The notes: generated by a model not told the origin, from the sequence alone. Positions 17,330-26,746 are shown, counted from the stretch's first letter. The stretch: DNA of 34,233 bases from an uncultured Spirochaetaceae bacterium (GCA_902787125.1 CADAEX010000001.1:1-34233), one strand, 5' to 3'. Translations and numbers: made by a program.

Positions 17330-19075
17330 GTGAGTATTATGATTGATACAGGAAAACAGCTTATAAATATAGTCTACGATGCCCTTTCGGCAGTGTTCAA
17401 GGAGGCAGGGGGCGAGGTTGATTTTACCCCCGATTCCATCATACCCGGAATCCCTCCCAAGCCGGAGCTGGGAGATGTGGCTTTCCCTATGTTTGCCTAT
17501 GCCAAGAAGCTTCGCACAGCGCCTCCTAAGATTGCAGCTGATGTTGCAGCCCATATCCAGGGCATACCTGGGCTCCAGGTCCTTACAGCGGGCCCATACG
17601 TCAATTTCAAGGTGGACCGGAAGGCTGTGGCGGAGCAGACTCTCAGCTCTGTCCTTTCCCAGGGCGATAACTACGGCCGCACAGATTCCCTTGAAGGAAA
17701 GAGGATCATGGTGGAATTCTCCTGTCCTAACACGAACAAGCCGCTCCATCTGGGTCACCTTCGTAACGACTCCTACGGCGAGAGCGTATCCCGGATCTTT
17801 GCGGCCAACGGCGCCGAGGTCAAGAAGGTTAACCTGATCAACGACCGGGGTATCCATATCTGCAAATCCATGGCAGCCTATCAGAAGTTCGGCGCCGGCA
17901 CAACCCCGGAGTCGGAGAATATCAAGGGAGACCACTTTGTAGGCGACTATTATGTGAAATACAATACATGGTCTCAGACCGACGACCAGGCTGAGCCTAT
18001 AGCCAGGGACATGCTGGTGAAGTGGGAAGCCGGGGATGAGGCTACAGTGGATCTTTGGAAGCTTATGAACAAGTGGACCATAGACGGCATTTTCCAGACT
18101 TATAAGAAGACTGGAATCTCCTTTGACAAGATCTACTATGAGAGCCAGACCTACAAGTCGGGGAAGGAGATAATTATGGAAGGGCTTGAGAAGGGCCTTT
18201 TCTATAAGAATGAGAAGGGTGCCATCTGTGTTGACCTTTCCGAGATCAATCTGGACACCAAGGTGCTTCTCCGTGGTGACGGCACATCTGTATACATAAC
18301 CCAGGATATCGGAACCGCCATTGCCCGGCATAAGGACTGGCCTTTCGATGCTCTTTTCTATGTGGTGGGCTCTGAGCAGCAGTATCATTTCAAGGTTCTT
18401 TTCTATGTGCTTCAGAAGCTGGGCTTTGACTGGGCCAGGGATCTGCATCACCTTTCCTACGGCATGGTCAATCTTCCTGAAGGAAAGATGAAGTCTAGAG
18501 AAGGAAAGGTTGTGGATGCCGACGACCTTATCGAAGAGCTTGAGAAGATGGCAAAGGAGGAGATTATTGCCAAGGGAAGAGAATCTGAGATCTCCGATGT
18601 GGACAAGGCTGCAGAGTCTATTGCTCTGGGTGCCCTGAACTATTTCCTCCTCTCAACAATCCCCACAAAGGATATGGTTTTCAACCCTAAGGAGTCCCTC
18701 TCTTTCAACGGAAACACAGGACCATACCTGCAGTACACCGGAGCCCGTATCTGCACAATGCTGGGCAAGTATGAGGGGACAACCGATTCAGTGGACTACA
18801 GCCTGGCCACCAGCGATGATGAGTGGGAGATAATCAAGCTTATAGGCAACTTCGGGGAGACTGTGAAGCAGGCAGGAACAGAGTACAATCCAATGCTCAT
18901 TGCAGGATATCTCTACAACCTGGCAAAGCATTACAGCAAATACTACCACGACTGCCCGATCCTGAAGAGCGAGCCCGAGGTTGCCAAGGCAAGGGTAGTG
19001 CTTTCAAAGGCAGTGCTTCAGGTGCTTAAGAACGGCTTTGCCCTTATAGGAATTCCGTTCCTTGAGGCTATGTGA
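17330..19075 (+). CDS. argS: Arginine--tRNA ligase
   Basis: EFSCPNTNKPLHLGHLRN (HIGH-like), KMKSREG and GNTGPYLQY. Start is GTG 17330 or ATG 17339. Confidence 0.97.
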   Translation: MSIMIDTGKQLINIVYDALSAVFKEAGGEVDFTPDSIIPGIPPKPELGDVAFPMFAYAKKLRTAPPKIAADVAAHIQGIPGLQVLTAGPYVNFKVDRKAVAEQTLSSVLSQGDNYGRTDSLEGKRIMVEFSCPNTNKPLHLGHLRNDSYGESVSRIFAANGAEVKKVNLINDRGIHICKSMAAYQKFGAGTTPESENIKGDHFVGDYYVKYNTWSQTDDQAEPIARDMLVKWEAGDEATVDLWKLMNKWTIDGIFQTYKKTGISFDKIYYESQTYKSGKEIIMEGLEKGLFYKNEKGAICVDLSEINLDTKVLLRGDGTSVYITQDIGTAIARHKDWPFDALFYVVGSEQQYHFKVLFYVLQKLGFDWARDLHHLSYGMVNLPEGKMKSREGKVVDADDLIEELEKMAKEEIIAKGRESEISDVDKAAESIALGALNYFLLSTIPTKDMVFNPKESLSFNGNTGPYLQYTGARICTMLGKYEGTTDSVDYSLATSDDEWEIIKLIGNFGETVKQAGTEYNPMLIAGYLYNLAKHYSKYYHDCPILKSEPEVAKARVVLSKAVLQVLKNGFALIGIPFLEAM

Positions 19076-19077
19076 TT

Positions 19078-19431
19078 TTACCTTATTGAGGTCTTTTTCC
19101 CGTTTTCATCCACTGCGGTGAATGTGATGGTGGTGGAGAATACAGGTTTTTTGTTCTCTTCCTTGTCATCTATTATGTAGACATCGCAGCTGTAGGTTGC
19201 GCTGGTGCAGCCTATATGCTTCTGCTTTGTATCGAACCGCAGTATGGAGCCGTTGGGTATGCCCCGGTTGAAGGAAGTCTCTCCCATGGCCCGGGTCACC
19301 AGTTTCTTGGTGGGGAAGTCTATGGCTGCGGCAATCCAGCAGAATTCGTCGATCCACAGCAGCATCTGGCCTCCGAAAAGGTGTCCATGCTGATTCAGGT
19401 GTTCTGTCCGTACAATAATATAGTTGTCCAT
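19078..19431 (-). CDS. Hotdog-fold acyl-CoA thioesterase
   Basis: HLNQHGHLFGGQMLLWIDE and FTAVDENGK motifs. Confidence 0.88.
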   Translation of the reverse strand: MDNYIIVRTEHLNQHGHLFGGQMLLWIDEFCWIAAAIDFPTKKLVTRAMGETSFNRGIPNGSILRFDTKQKHIGCTSATYSCDVYIIDDKEENKKPVFSTTITFTAVDENGKKTSIR

Positions 19432-19441
19432 GTTTTCTCCG

Positions 19442-20209
19442 TCAGATTGTTATCCTTAGACCGTCATAGGCCGGCTCTATCCCGGCAGGCAGCTCCGAAA
19501 GAAGCTTGGCGTGGTCTATGTCGTGGCACATGTGGGTGAAGTATGTGCGCTCAGCCCCTATTTTCCGGGCTAAAGCCAGGGCTTTATCCACTGTCAGGTG
19601 AGTAGGGTGATCCTTGTATTTAAGGGCATCCAGCACCAGAACCTTAAGGCCGTTCAGCAGATGCATGGAAGCCTTGGGAATATAGCTGCAGTCGGTAAGG
19701 TAGGCAAAGCTGCCGATTCTGTAGCCGAAAGTCTCCAGTTTTCCGTGGAGCATAGGAACAGGTATTATCTCCAGCTTGCCTCCATCCCTGGTAGGAATAT
19801 AGAATGGGCCTTCCACCGGGTAAAGCTGGATATGTGGTTTGCCGCCTCCTATCTGCGTAACGTTGAAGATATAATCGAAGCGTTTCCGTATTATCCCTAC
19901 CACCTTGGTGCTGCCGTAGACAGGCATAGGGCGCTTGAAAGTCATGGGACGGATATCATCCAGCCCGTGGAGATGGTCGGCATGGGTATGGGTTATAAGG
20001 ACTGCATCGGCTGTAGAGAGCTTTTCCCGCAGCATCTGGATCCGGAACTCCGGGGTCATGTCTATTATTATGTCTGCCCCCTGGGCCTTGACATAGACTG
20101 AACACCGGGTACGGTTGTTCTTTGGGTCGGTTGAGGTGCAGACAGGGCAGTCGCAGCCTATTACAGGTATTCCGTGGGATGTCCCTGTGCCTAAGAAGAT
20201 TACTTCCAT
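19442..20209 (-). CDS. MBL-fold metallo-hydrolase (PhnP-like phosphodiesterase)
   Basis: FLGTGTSHGIPVIGCDCPVC, THTHADHLHGLDD, YLTD, THMCH and AYDGL. Start probably ATG 20209. Confidence 0.9.
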   Translation of the reverse strand: MEVIFLGTGTSHGIPVIGCDCPVCTSTDPKNNRTRCSVYVKAQGADIIIDMTPEFRIQMLREKLSTADAVLITHTHADHLHGLDDIRPMTFKRPMPVYGSTKVVGIIRKRFDYIFNVTQIGGGKPHIQLYPVEGPFYIPTRDGGKLEIIPVPMLHGKLETFGYRIGSFAYLTDCSYIPKASMHLLNGLKVLVLDALKYKDHPTHLTVDKALALARKIGAERTYFTHMCHDIDHAKLLSELPAGIEPAYDGLRITI

Positions 20210-20216
20210 CTCTGCC

Positions 20217-20966
20217 TTATTTTCCGCTGCAATAGTAGTCGGCAATATTGGTGAAGATATCTGTTACACCCAGCTTCTCAAGCTCTGCAAAGTCATAGTG
20301 CTTGCATGGCTCCTTTCCGGGATAGAAAATCTCCTCCTCGTTCCAGACACGGATAGGAAGGTCTGTCTTCTCCCTGATGTTTGGAACATCCAGCATCTCT
20401 ACGTATGGATGCAGTGCATTCACAGGATACTTCTGAGAGAACTCAAGGCAGAGCTTCTCGGAGTCATAGAGGATTCCTGCATTGACATATGGGTACTTCT
20501 GCTTGATCAGCACGATGGAGTCAGGGTTGAAAGAAGAGTAGACAATGTACTTGTCCAGCCCCCATTCCTTGACCAGCGCCACAATCATATCCTCGATCCC
20601 TTCGTAGCGCACCTCGCTGGTCTTAAGCTCAATGTTGATGAGAAGGCCTTTGCTTAGGCACACAGGTTTGAGCAGGGTGAAAACCTCTTCAATGGTCGGG
20701 ACCTGGGTGTACTGCTTTATCCCATTCACAGGGTGGGTCTCTATCTTGAGGGCCTTGATCTCTTCTAGTGTGAAATCCTTCACCCAGCCTTTTCCATTGG
20801 TGGTGCGGTCCACTTTCTCATCGTGGATTACAACCATCTTGTTGTCTTTTGTAAGCTGGATATCAAGCTCTATTCCTGTCACAGGCAGCTTGCTGGCAGC
20901 CTCAAAGGACTGCAGTGTATTCTCTGGCCAGGTGTAGCAGCACCCTCTGTGGGCCCAAATTTTCAT
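20217..20966 (-). CDS. Glycerophosphodiester phosphodiesterase family protein
   Basis: WAHRG, PENTL, IELDIQLTKD, HDEKVDRTT and NIELK; SD GGAGG. Confidence 0.92.
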   Translation of the reverse strand: MKIWAHRGCCYTWPENTLQSFEAASKLPVTGIELDIQLTKDNKMVVIHDEKVDRTTNGKGWVKDFTLEEIKALKIETHPVNGIKQYTQVPTIEEVFTLLKPVCLSKGLLINIELKTSEVRYEGIEDMIVALVKEWGLDKYIVYSSFNPDSIVLIKQKYPYVNAGILYDSEKLCLEFSQKYPVNALHPYVEMLDVPNIREKTDLPIRVWNEEEIFYPGKEPCKHYDFAELEKLGVTDIFTNIADYYCSGK

Positions 20967-20996
20967 ATATGCCTCCGATTATTTTGCGTTTGTATA

Positions 20997-21025
20997 AGTA
21001 TATCACGGTTCTTTCCAGTTGTCAT
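20997..21025 (-). promoter_or_regulatory. Candidate promoter for GDPD-MBL-thioesterase
   Basis: ATGACA-N17-TATACT with extended -10 TG, overlapped by the inverted repeat TTTCCAGT-N7-ACTGGAAA (21012-21034). Confidence 0.5.
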
Positions 21026-22062
21026 TACTGGAAAAGTATTATGTTCTCCGGTCTTACAGCCAGCTGGCAACCGGCGCTCCGAAGCTTGAAGGGGTAGGTG
21101 TCATACACCTTGATAATGCCGCAGTCTGTATTTACAGAACAGGTGTAGCGGCTTCCGTAGAAAGTTCTGTCTGCTATTTTCCCTTTGATTATATTTTCCC
21201 CGTTTCCCTGGGCAGCTGTGCAGCATTCAGGACGGAAGAACAGTATCACCTGATCTCCGGCAGAGTACCGGTATGACCGGTTCTGAACCTTGAAAATCTG
21301 ACCCTGGCACTCTACCTCCACCATATCTCCGGCGGAGATCACCTTTCCTTTCAAGATGTTGGACTGGCCTATAAACTTGGCAGTGTATAGGGTTCTGGGC
21401 TGGAAGTAGATTTCCTGAGGTGTGCCGGTGCACTCTATGTTTCCCCGGCGGAAAACGGAGATGCGGTCAGAGATAGTCATGGCCTCCTCCTGGTCGTGGG
21501 TGACATAGATGGTGGTCAGGTGATTTTTCCGATGGGTCTCCAGAATCTGGGCCTTAAGCACCCCTTTCAGCTTTTCATCAGCCGCGCTGAGGGGCTCGTC
21601 CAGGAGGAGCAGAGCAGGGTTCACTGCAATGGCCCGGGCCAGGGCAACCCGCTGTTTCTCGCCTCCGGAGAGGGTGTCTGGTTTCCGCTTCCCGTACCCA
21701 GGAAGTGCAATTGCCTCCAGCAGTTCTTTTGTCCTGGACTCAATCCTCTCTTTTGGCCAGTGACGGGTCTCCGGGCCATAACTGATGTTTTTTGCCACTG
21801 TCATATTGGGGAAGAGGGCGTAATCCTGAAAGACTATGGATATGTTGCGCTTTTCGGATGGCATTTCAGTTATGTCTTTGCCATCAAGGTATATGCGGCC
21901 GGAATCGGGGGCAGTGAACCCTGCGATTATACGAAGCAGGGTAGTCTTTCCGCATCCGGAAGGTCCCAGGAAAGTGTGAAATTCTCCCTCTTTAAGCTCC
22001 AGGTCTGCATTCAGGGTGAATGCCCCATAGCTCTTCTTTATATTCTCCAGTTTCAGTTTCAT
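21025..22062 (-). CDS. thiQ: ABC transporter ATP-binding subunit (thiamine system) with C-terminal TOBE-like region
   Basis: GPSGCGKTT, LSGGEKQR, LLLDEP and YVTHDQEEA; coupled to thiP. The symbol is assigned from context. Confidence 0.85.
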   Translation of the reverse strand: MKLKLENIKKSYGAFTLNADLELKEGEFHTFLGPSGCGKTTLLRIIAGFTAPDSGRIYLDGKDITEMPSEKRNISIVFQDYALFPNMTVAKNISYGPETRHWPKERIESRTKELLEAIALPGYGKRKPDTLSGGEKQRVALARAIAVNPALLLLDEPLSAADEKLKGVLKAQILETHRKNHLTTIYVTHDQEEAMTISDRISVFRRGNIECTGTPQEIYFQPRTLYTAKFIGQSNILKGKVISAGDMVEVECQGQIFKVQNRSYRYSAGDQVILFFRPECCTAAQGNGENIIKGKIADRTFYGSRYTCSVNTDCGIIKVYDTYPFKLRSAGCQLAVRPENIILFQ

Positions 22063-23684
22063 AGGCTTATCTCTCCCAGCCGGTCAATTGCATAGAAGGC
22101 TGCAATGCATATCAGAAGAAGCACAGTTCCCATGGCACAGGCCTGGTAGAACCTGTATGCTCCTATAAGGCGGTAGATTGCCACAGGCATGGTGGTAAAG
22201 CCCTCAGGAGCAAGCATAAGGGCTCCGTTGACCTCTCCGGCCGATACTGCAAAGGCAAATATGCCGGCTGTGAATATACCGTTCTTTATCATCGGCAGCT
22301 TTACTGTCCATAGAATCCGCAGCGGTTTTGCCCCAAGACTTTTGGCACACTCTATGCACCTTCTGTTTATCCTGCTGTAGAACAGGGATATGGCTTTTAT
22401 GGTGAAGGGGAGGACTGCCGCTGTGTGGACAGCGATAAGGAGCAGCTTCCCGTTGGGTCTGAAGCCCAGCTTGGATATGGTCAGCATAAAACCCAGAGAA
22501 AGCAATATGGAGGAGATTCCTAATGATGCAAAGAAGAAAATCTGAATCAGGAATGCTCCCTTGGGCCATCTGGATATTACAGCAGAGATGATCAGGGAAA
22601 GTATTATTGCACATATCACGGTGGCGACAGCTATTAATATAGTGTTAAGCACCGGGTTGTACATGACCGGCTGTGTAAAGGCCCGGTACCATTTTAAAGT
22701 AAGGCTGTTTTCCTTTCCCCATCCGCTTTTTCCTGTCAGGGAATTCAGGGCAATGGTCACCATAGGCATGGCAATATAGAGAATCAGGAAAAATATGTAG
22801 AGGAGAGCAGGGAAGTGATGCAATGAAAGCTTTTTTGCCGGCACAGTTCCGTGCTTTCCTGCAGGGGCCGGATAGCTGCTCTTCTGATGCCCTGCGGCAG
22901 TATATACTGCGATGAAAAGCAGGGTTATAAGGGATTCTATGCCTCCCAGCGCACAGGCTTTTGTAATATTGGATGTGGTGCGGGCAAGCTTGTATATCTC
23001 CACCTCCATTGTTGAGTACTGAGGACCTCCTCCCAGCACCAGCACTATGGAGAAACTCATGAAGCAGAGTACAAATATAAGGGCGCAGGCTGCTGTTATG
23101 GCACACAGCAGCCAAGGACAGGTGACTGTCCTGAACAGCCGCCACCTGCCTGCTCCCAGGCTTTTGCCTGCCTCGTAGAGAGATACAGGTATATTCTCCC
23201 ACACCGGATATACAAATCGTATAAAGAGCGGGATGTTGTAGAAGGTGTGGGCTATGAGTATGGCCTTCATGCTGTAGAGCAGGCGCAGTGGCGGCTGTTC
23301 TGCGCCCGACAGGGCCATGAGGGCCCGGTTGACGATACCGTTGTTACCTATCAAAAGGACAATTCCCAGCACTGCCGCGATAGTGGGCAGTACGTAGGGC
23401 ACTGTTATAAGAGCCTTTATGAAGTTCTTCCCCCGGAATGTATACCGGGCCAGTATATATGCCCCAGGAAAGCCTATTGCGGCAGAGAGCAGGGTGCTCA
23501 GTACACCCTGCTTCAGCGAGAAAAGGCATATACTCCTGCAGTAGCTGTCAGTCAGTACAGATTTAAGCCCCTCCTTGGAAAAACCGGTGATGAAAACATT
23601 GATCACCGGCACATAAAAGAAGACCAGCAGAAGCAGGAAGGGGACTATGAACAGCAGCAGGAGTAAAAGTCTGTTCTCTTTCAT
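22059..23684 (-). CDS. thiP: Thiamine ABC transporter permease
   Basis: Double permease with two EAA-like loops (YEAGKSLGA, IECAKSLGA); FSIVLVLGGGPQYSTMEVEIY. Confidence 0.88.
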   Translation of the reverse strand: MKENRLLLLLLFIVPFLLLLVFFYVPVINVFITGFSKEGLKSVLTDSYCRSICLFSLKQGVLSTLLSAAIGFPGAYILARYTFRGKNFIKALITVPYVLPTIAAVLGIVLLIGNNGIVNRALMALSGAEQPPLRLLYSMKAILIAHTFYNIPLFIRFVYPVWENIPVSLYEAGKSLGAGRWRLFRTVTCPWLLCAITAACALIFVLCFMSFSIVLVLGGGPQYSTMEVEIYKLARTTSNITKACALGGIESLITLLFIAVYTAAGHQKSSYPAPAGKHGTVPAKKLSLHHFPALLYIFFLILYIAMPMVTIALNSLTGKSGWGKENSLTLKWYRAFTQPVMYNPVLNTILIAVATVICAIILSLIISAVISRWPKGAFLIQIFFFASLGISSILLSLGFMLTISKLGFRPNGKLLLIAVHTAAVLPFTIKAISLFYSRINRRCIECAKSLGAKPLRILWTVKLPMIKNGIFTAGIFAFAVSAGEVNGALMLAPEGFTTMPVAIYRLIGAYRFYQACAMGTVLLLICIAAFYAIDRLGEISL

Positions 23685-24706
23685 TTAGCCATAGTGCTCT
23701 CGAGCCAGCCGTTAAGCCAGCTGTCAAGATTCTTGTCTATTTCATCTGCCTTAAGCAGAAGCGGTCTGTCAGAGACAGGAGCACTCTTATAAGAGTCTGG
23801 CAGCTTTGTCTCTATTACAGGGTACATCCAGTTGGTAAGAGCCAATTCATTCTGGAAATCCTCGGTCAGGACAAAGTCCATGAACTTCTTTGCCGCATCC
23901 ATGTGGGGGGCATCCTTAAGAATTCCCATTCCTTCGGTCTGCATATAGTTGCCTTCCTCAAAGAGCACAGTCTTTATATGCTCGTCCTTATCATATTCCA
24001 CATGGTAGGCAGGGCTTGTAGTGTAGCTTGTGACCATAGGTGCCTCGCCGCTGGTGAAAAGGCCGTAACCGGAGCTCCAGCTGGAAGATACAGTAAGCAC
24101 GTTAGGCATAAGTTTCTTCCAGTATTCCTTGTAGCCTTCTCCCTTGCACTTGACAGTCCACATAAGAAATCCCAGCCCGGGGCTTGATGTCCTGGGATCC
24201 ATGATGATAAGGGATTTCTTATATTTAGGGTCGAGAAGATCATCCAGGTTCTTCGGCGGATTCTTTATCCTGTTGCTGTCATATACTAATGCGAAGAAGC
24301 TGTAATCGTAAGGGATCACATGATAGCTGCTGTCAAAGATAAGCTCTTTCTTGACATTCTTTATTCCGGCAGGTTTGTAAGGAACAAACAAGTCGTTCTT
24401 GAGAACGGTGGAGAGAAGGTTGTTGTCAACTCCGATTATGATGTCGGCTCCTGTCTTTCCTTTCTCCATTATTGCCAGATTAACAATCTCGCCTGCACTG
24501 CCTCCCTGGCGCTGCTCAATCTTGATTCCGAACTTTTCCTCAAACTTGGGAAAAACCACCGGGGCGGGTCCCCATTCGGAAAGGAAGGAGTCTGTGGCAT
24601 AGACCACAAGTACAGGTGCATCAGAAGAAGCCTTTTCCTTGGAAGCGCCGGCAAATGCTGATGCTGCACAGATGAGACACAAAACTGAAACCAGAATCTT
24701 TTTCAT
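23681..24706 (-). CDS. thiB: Thiamine ABC transporter substrate-binding protein
   Basis: DSFLSEWGP, DPRTSSPGLGFL, WSSGYGLF, SYTTSPAYH and TNWMYP; lies downstream of a TPP riboswitch. Confidence 0.93.
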   Translation of the reverse strand: MKKILVSVLCLICAASAFAGASKEKASSDAPVLVVYATDSFLSEWGPAPVVFPKFEEKFGIKIEQRQGGSAGEIVNLAIMEKGKTGADIIIGVDNNLLSTVLKNDLFVPYKPAGIKNVKKELIFDSSYHVIPYDYSFFALVYDSNRIKNPPKNLDDLLDPKYKKSLIIMDPRTSSPGLGFLMWTVKCKGEGYKEYWKKLMPNVLTVSSSWSSGYGLFTSGEAPMVTSYTTSPAYHVEYDKDEHIKTVLFEEGNYMQTEGMGILKDAPHMDAAKKFMDFVLTEDFQNELALTNWMYPVIETKLPDSYKSAPVSDRPLLLKADEIDKNLDSWLNGWLESTMAK

Positions 24707-24736
24707 ACTACCTCCGGAAAAGGGGTGGAGATGGTA

Positions 24737-24816
24737 CGGTTTTCCTACGCCAGCATTACCTGGATCAGGTCAAAGGGTATAATCTCAGAGATTCCTAGGA
24801 ATCCCACCCCAATTTA
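24737..24816 (-). ncRNA. TPP riboswitch (THI element)
   Basis: Minus strand reads GGGGUG-GGAUUCCUAGGAAUCU-CUGAGA-UUAUACCCUUUGACCUGAUCCAGGUAAUGCUGGCGUAGGAAA, containing the conserved CUGAGA and ACCUGAU...UAAUGC...GCGUAGG elements. Boundaries are approximate. Confidence 0.95.
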
Positions 24817-24819
24817 TAA

Positions 24820-24854
24820 ATAAAAAATTAAGGCTGCATTGCTGCAGCCTTTTT
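24820..24854 (-). terminator. Terminator-like hairpin after tRNA-Asn
   Basis: Stem AAGGCTGCA / TGCAGCCTT (24830-24851) with a 4-nt loop, followed by AATTTTTTATTT on the minus strand. Confidence 0.7.
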
Positions 24855-24927
24855 CTCCCCCGGACAGACTCGAACTGCCGACCTAGTGGTTAACAGCCAC
24901 CCGCTCTACCGGCTGAGCTACAGGGGA
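24855..24927 (-). tRNA. tRNA-Asn (GTT)
   Basis: TCCCCTGTAGCTCAGCCGGTAGAGCGGGTGGCT-GTT-AACCACTAGGTCGGCAGTTCGAGTCTGTCCGGGGGAG folds as a 73-nt cloverleaf; CCA is not encoded. Confidence 0.97.
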
Positions 24928-24938
24928 ATGATGGTTGT

Positions 24939-24967
24939 ATATTAATTAAATAGGGACTTTGTGTCAA
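24939..24967 (-). promoter_or_regulatory. Sigma70 promoter of tRNA-Asn
   Basis: TTGACA-N17-TAATAT; the -35 contains the Nudix stop codon. Confidence 0.65.
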
Positions 24968-25527
24968 CTTATTTTTGGAAAAATATTTGACACAGCCCTG
25001 CAGCCATCAAGTAATATCTGATCGTGGTCAAAAGCCAGGAAACAGCCCCTGCTGTCCTTTTTCAGCTTTATGGTGCTGTTCTCTACAGTCTCAAGCCCTT
25101 TATCAGAGAAGGATACTGAAAACCATTCTGCATCCGAAGCATCATCTCCTGCCTTTACTTCAAGCCTGCTCCTGTCTACCACAGTGTAGTAGGCGGCAGA
25201 TACCACCCAGCCCCTAGGATCCCGTCCAGGTGCGCTGTAGACCCCCAGAAGGGCAGAGCTCACTCCAGTAAGGCCTGTCTCCTCCTGAAGCTCCCGGTAA
25301 GCAGTCTGGGCCAGAGTCTCGCCTTTGTCGGCAAAACCGCCCGGGAATGCCCAGCGGGTCATGAAAGGATGCCCTTTTCTCTGGATGAGCAGAACCTCAA
25401 GTCCAAACTCTCTGCTGACAGAAAACAGCACATTGTCTGCAGTAAGAGAAGGCTTTGGATACTTGTCAGAATTATACTGACGGAGAAATTCCTCCTCCGT
25501 CAGTCCTTTCTTATCTCTCAGTTCCAT
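24964..25527 (-). CDS. Nudix hydrolase (ADP-ribose pyrophosphatase / NrtR-type Nudix domain)
   Basis: Intact Nudix box GFADKGETLAQTAYRELQEETGL; PGRDPRG, AGDDA and LAFDH motifs; no C-terminal wHTH apparent. Confidence 0.9.
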   Translation of the reverse strand: MELRDKKGLTEEEFLRQYNSDKYPKPSLTADNVLFSVSREFGLEVLLIQRKGHPFMTRWAFPGGFADKGETLAQTAYRELQEETGLTGVSSALLGVYSAPGRDPRGWVVSAAYYTVVDRSRLEVKAGDDASDAEWFSVSFSDKGLETVENSTIKLKKDSRGCFLAFDHDQILLDGCRAVSNIFPKIS

Positions 25528-25528
25528 A

Positions 25529-26746
25529 TCAGAAATCTACTTCTGTGTCGTAGTAGCAGCACTTGAGAAGCTTTTCCATCTCTGCCTGGTTAGGCTGTCT
25601 TGGGTTTGAACCTGTGCAGGCATCCAGGAGAGCGTTCTTTGCAATATCCGGAAGTCTCTTGAGGAATACATCCTCAGGAACAAAGCCCTGCTCGACAGGG
25701 TAGCTGTCTGCGCCGTAGTTCTTGATGCAGTGAGGGATGTTCAGCTTGTCGTTGAAACCTCTGATGTATTTGATGAGGGCTGCTACCTTCTCATCGTCAT
25801 TCTTTCCGCCCAGCTTCATGTAGTCTGCGATTACGCCATAGCGCTTCTTTGCCTCAGGGTTCTTTGCATTGTAAGCAATAACTTTAGGCAGGTACATTGC
25901 GTTTGCCGCACCATGGATGATGTGTGCTCCCAGGTCTGCAAAGACAGCTCCTGTCTTGTGGGCCATGGAGTGTACAATTCCCAGAAGTCCGGAGGAGAAT
26001 GCGATTCCGGCAAGACACTGTGCGCTGTGCATGTTGTCCCGAGCCTTCATGTCGCCGTTGTAGGAGTCAACCAGATCTCTCTGGATCATCTCGATGGCAT
26101 GGATTGCAGGTGCGTCGGTAAAGTCGCTGTGGACTGTGGATACATAAGCCTCGATTGCGTGTGTAAGAGCATCCATTCCTGTGTGGGCAACCAGTTTCTT
26201 TGGCATAGTCTCTGCCAGATCAGGGTCTACAATTGCAACATCCGGAGTGATCTGGAAGTCTGCGATAGGGTATTTGATACCTTTCTGGTAGTCGGTGATG
26301 ATTGAGAATGCTGTAACTTCTGTAGCTGTTCCGGAAGTGGATGATACAGCACAGAACTTAGCCTTTGTGCGCAGCTTCGGCAGGCCGAATACCTTGCACA
26401 TGTCCTCGAATGTTGTCTCTGGATACTCATATTTAATCCACATTGCCTTTGCGGCATCGATAGGGGAGCCTCCGCCGATTGCCACAATCCAGTCAGGCTT
26501 GAACTCCTGCATGACAGCAGCGCCTTTCATTACTGTATCTACTGATGGATCAGGCTCGATTCCCTCGAAGAGAGTAACCTTCATTCCAGCTTCTTCCAGA
26601 TATTTCTGTGCCCGGTCCAGGAACCCGAATTTCTTCATGCTTCCGCCGCCGACGCATATGATAGCTCTTTTTCCTTCCAGTGTCTTAAGCGCCTCAAGCG
26701 CTCCCTTACCATGGTAAATGTCTCTTGGGTTAGTAAATCTCTGCAT
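25529..26746 (-). CDS. Iron-containing alcohol dehydrogenase (NADPH-dependent butanol dehydrogenase-like)
   Basis: GIEPDPS, AIGGGSPIDAAK, TSGTATEVT, GMDALTHAIE, HSMAH and HGAAN; SD AAAGGAGA. Confidence 0.93.
   Translation of the reverse strand: MQRFTNPRDIYHGKGALEALKTLEGKRAIICVGGGSMKKFGFLDRAQKYLEEAGMKVTLFEGIEPDPSVDTVMKGAAVMQEFKPDWIVAIGGGSPIDAAKAMWIKYEYPETTFEDMCKVFGLPKLRTKAKFCAVSSTSGTATEVTAFSIITDYQKGIKYPIADFQITPDVAIVDPDLAETMPKKLVAHTGMDALTHAIEAYVSTVHSDFTDAPAIHAIEMIQRDLVDSYNGDMKARDNMHSAQCLAGIAFSSGLLGIVHSMAHKTGAVFADLGAHIIHGAANAMYLPKVIAYNAKNPEAKKRYGVIADYMKLGGKNDDEKVAALIKYIRGFNDKLNIPHCIKNYGADSYPVEQGFVPEDVFLKRLPDIAKNALLDACTGSNPRQPNQAEMEKLLKCCYYDTEVDF

Noticed and set aside
17147-18451. 434-aa minus-strand ORF
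   Set aside because: Antisense shadow of argS with no recognisable motifs; long antisense frames are expected from codon bias.
24855-24927. tRNA-Asn as an integration site for an island or prophage
   Set aside because: I found no integrase and no duplicated tRNA 3' end in the window.
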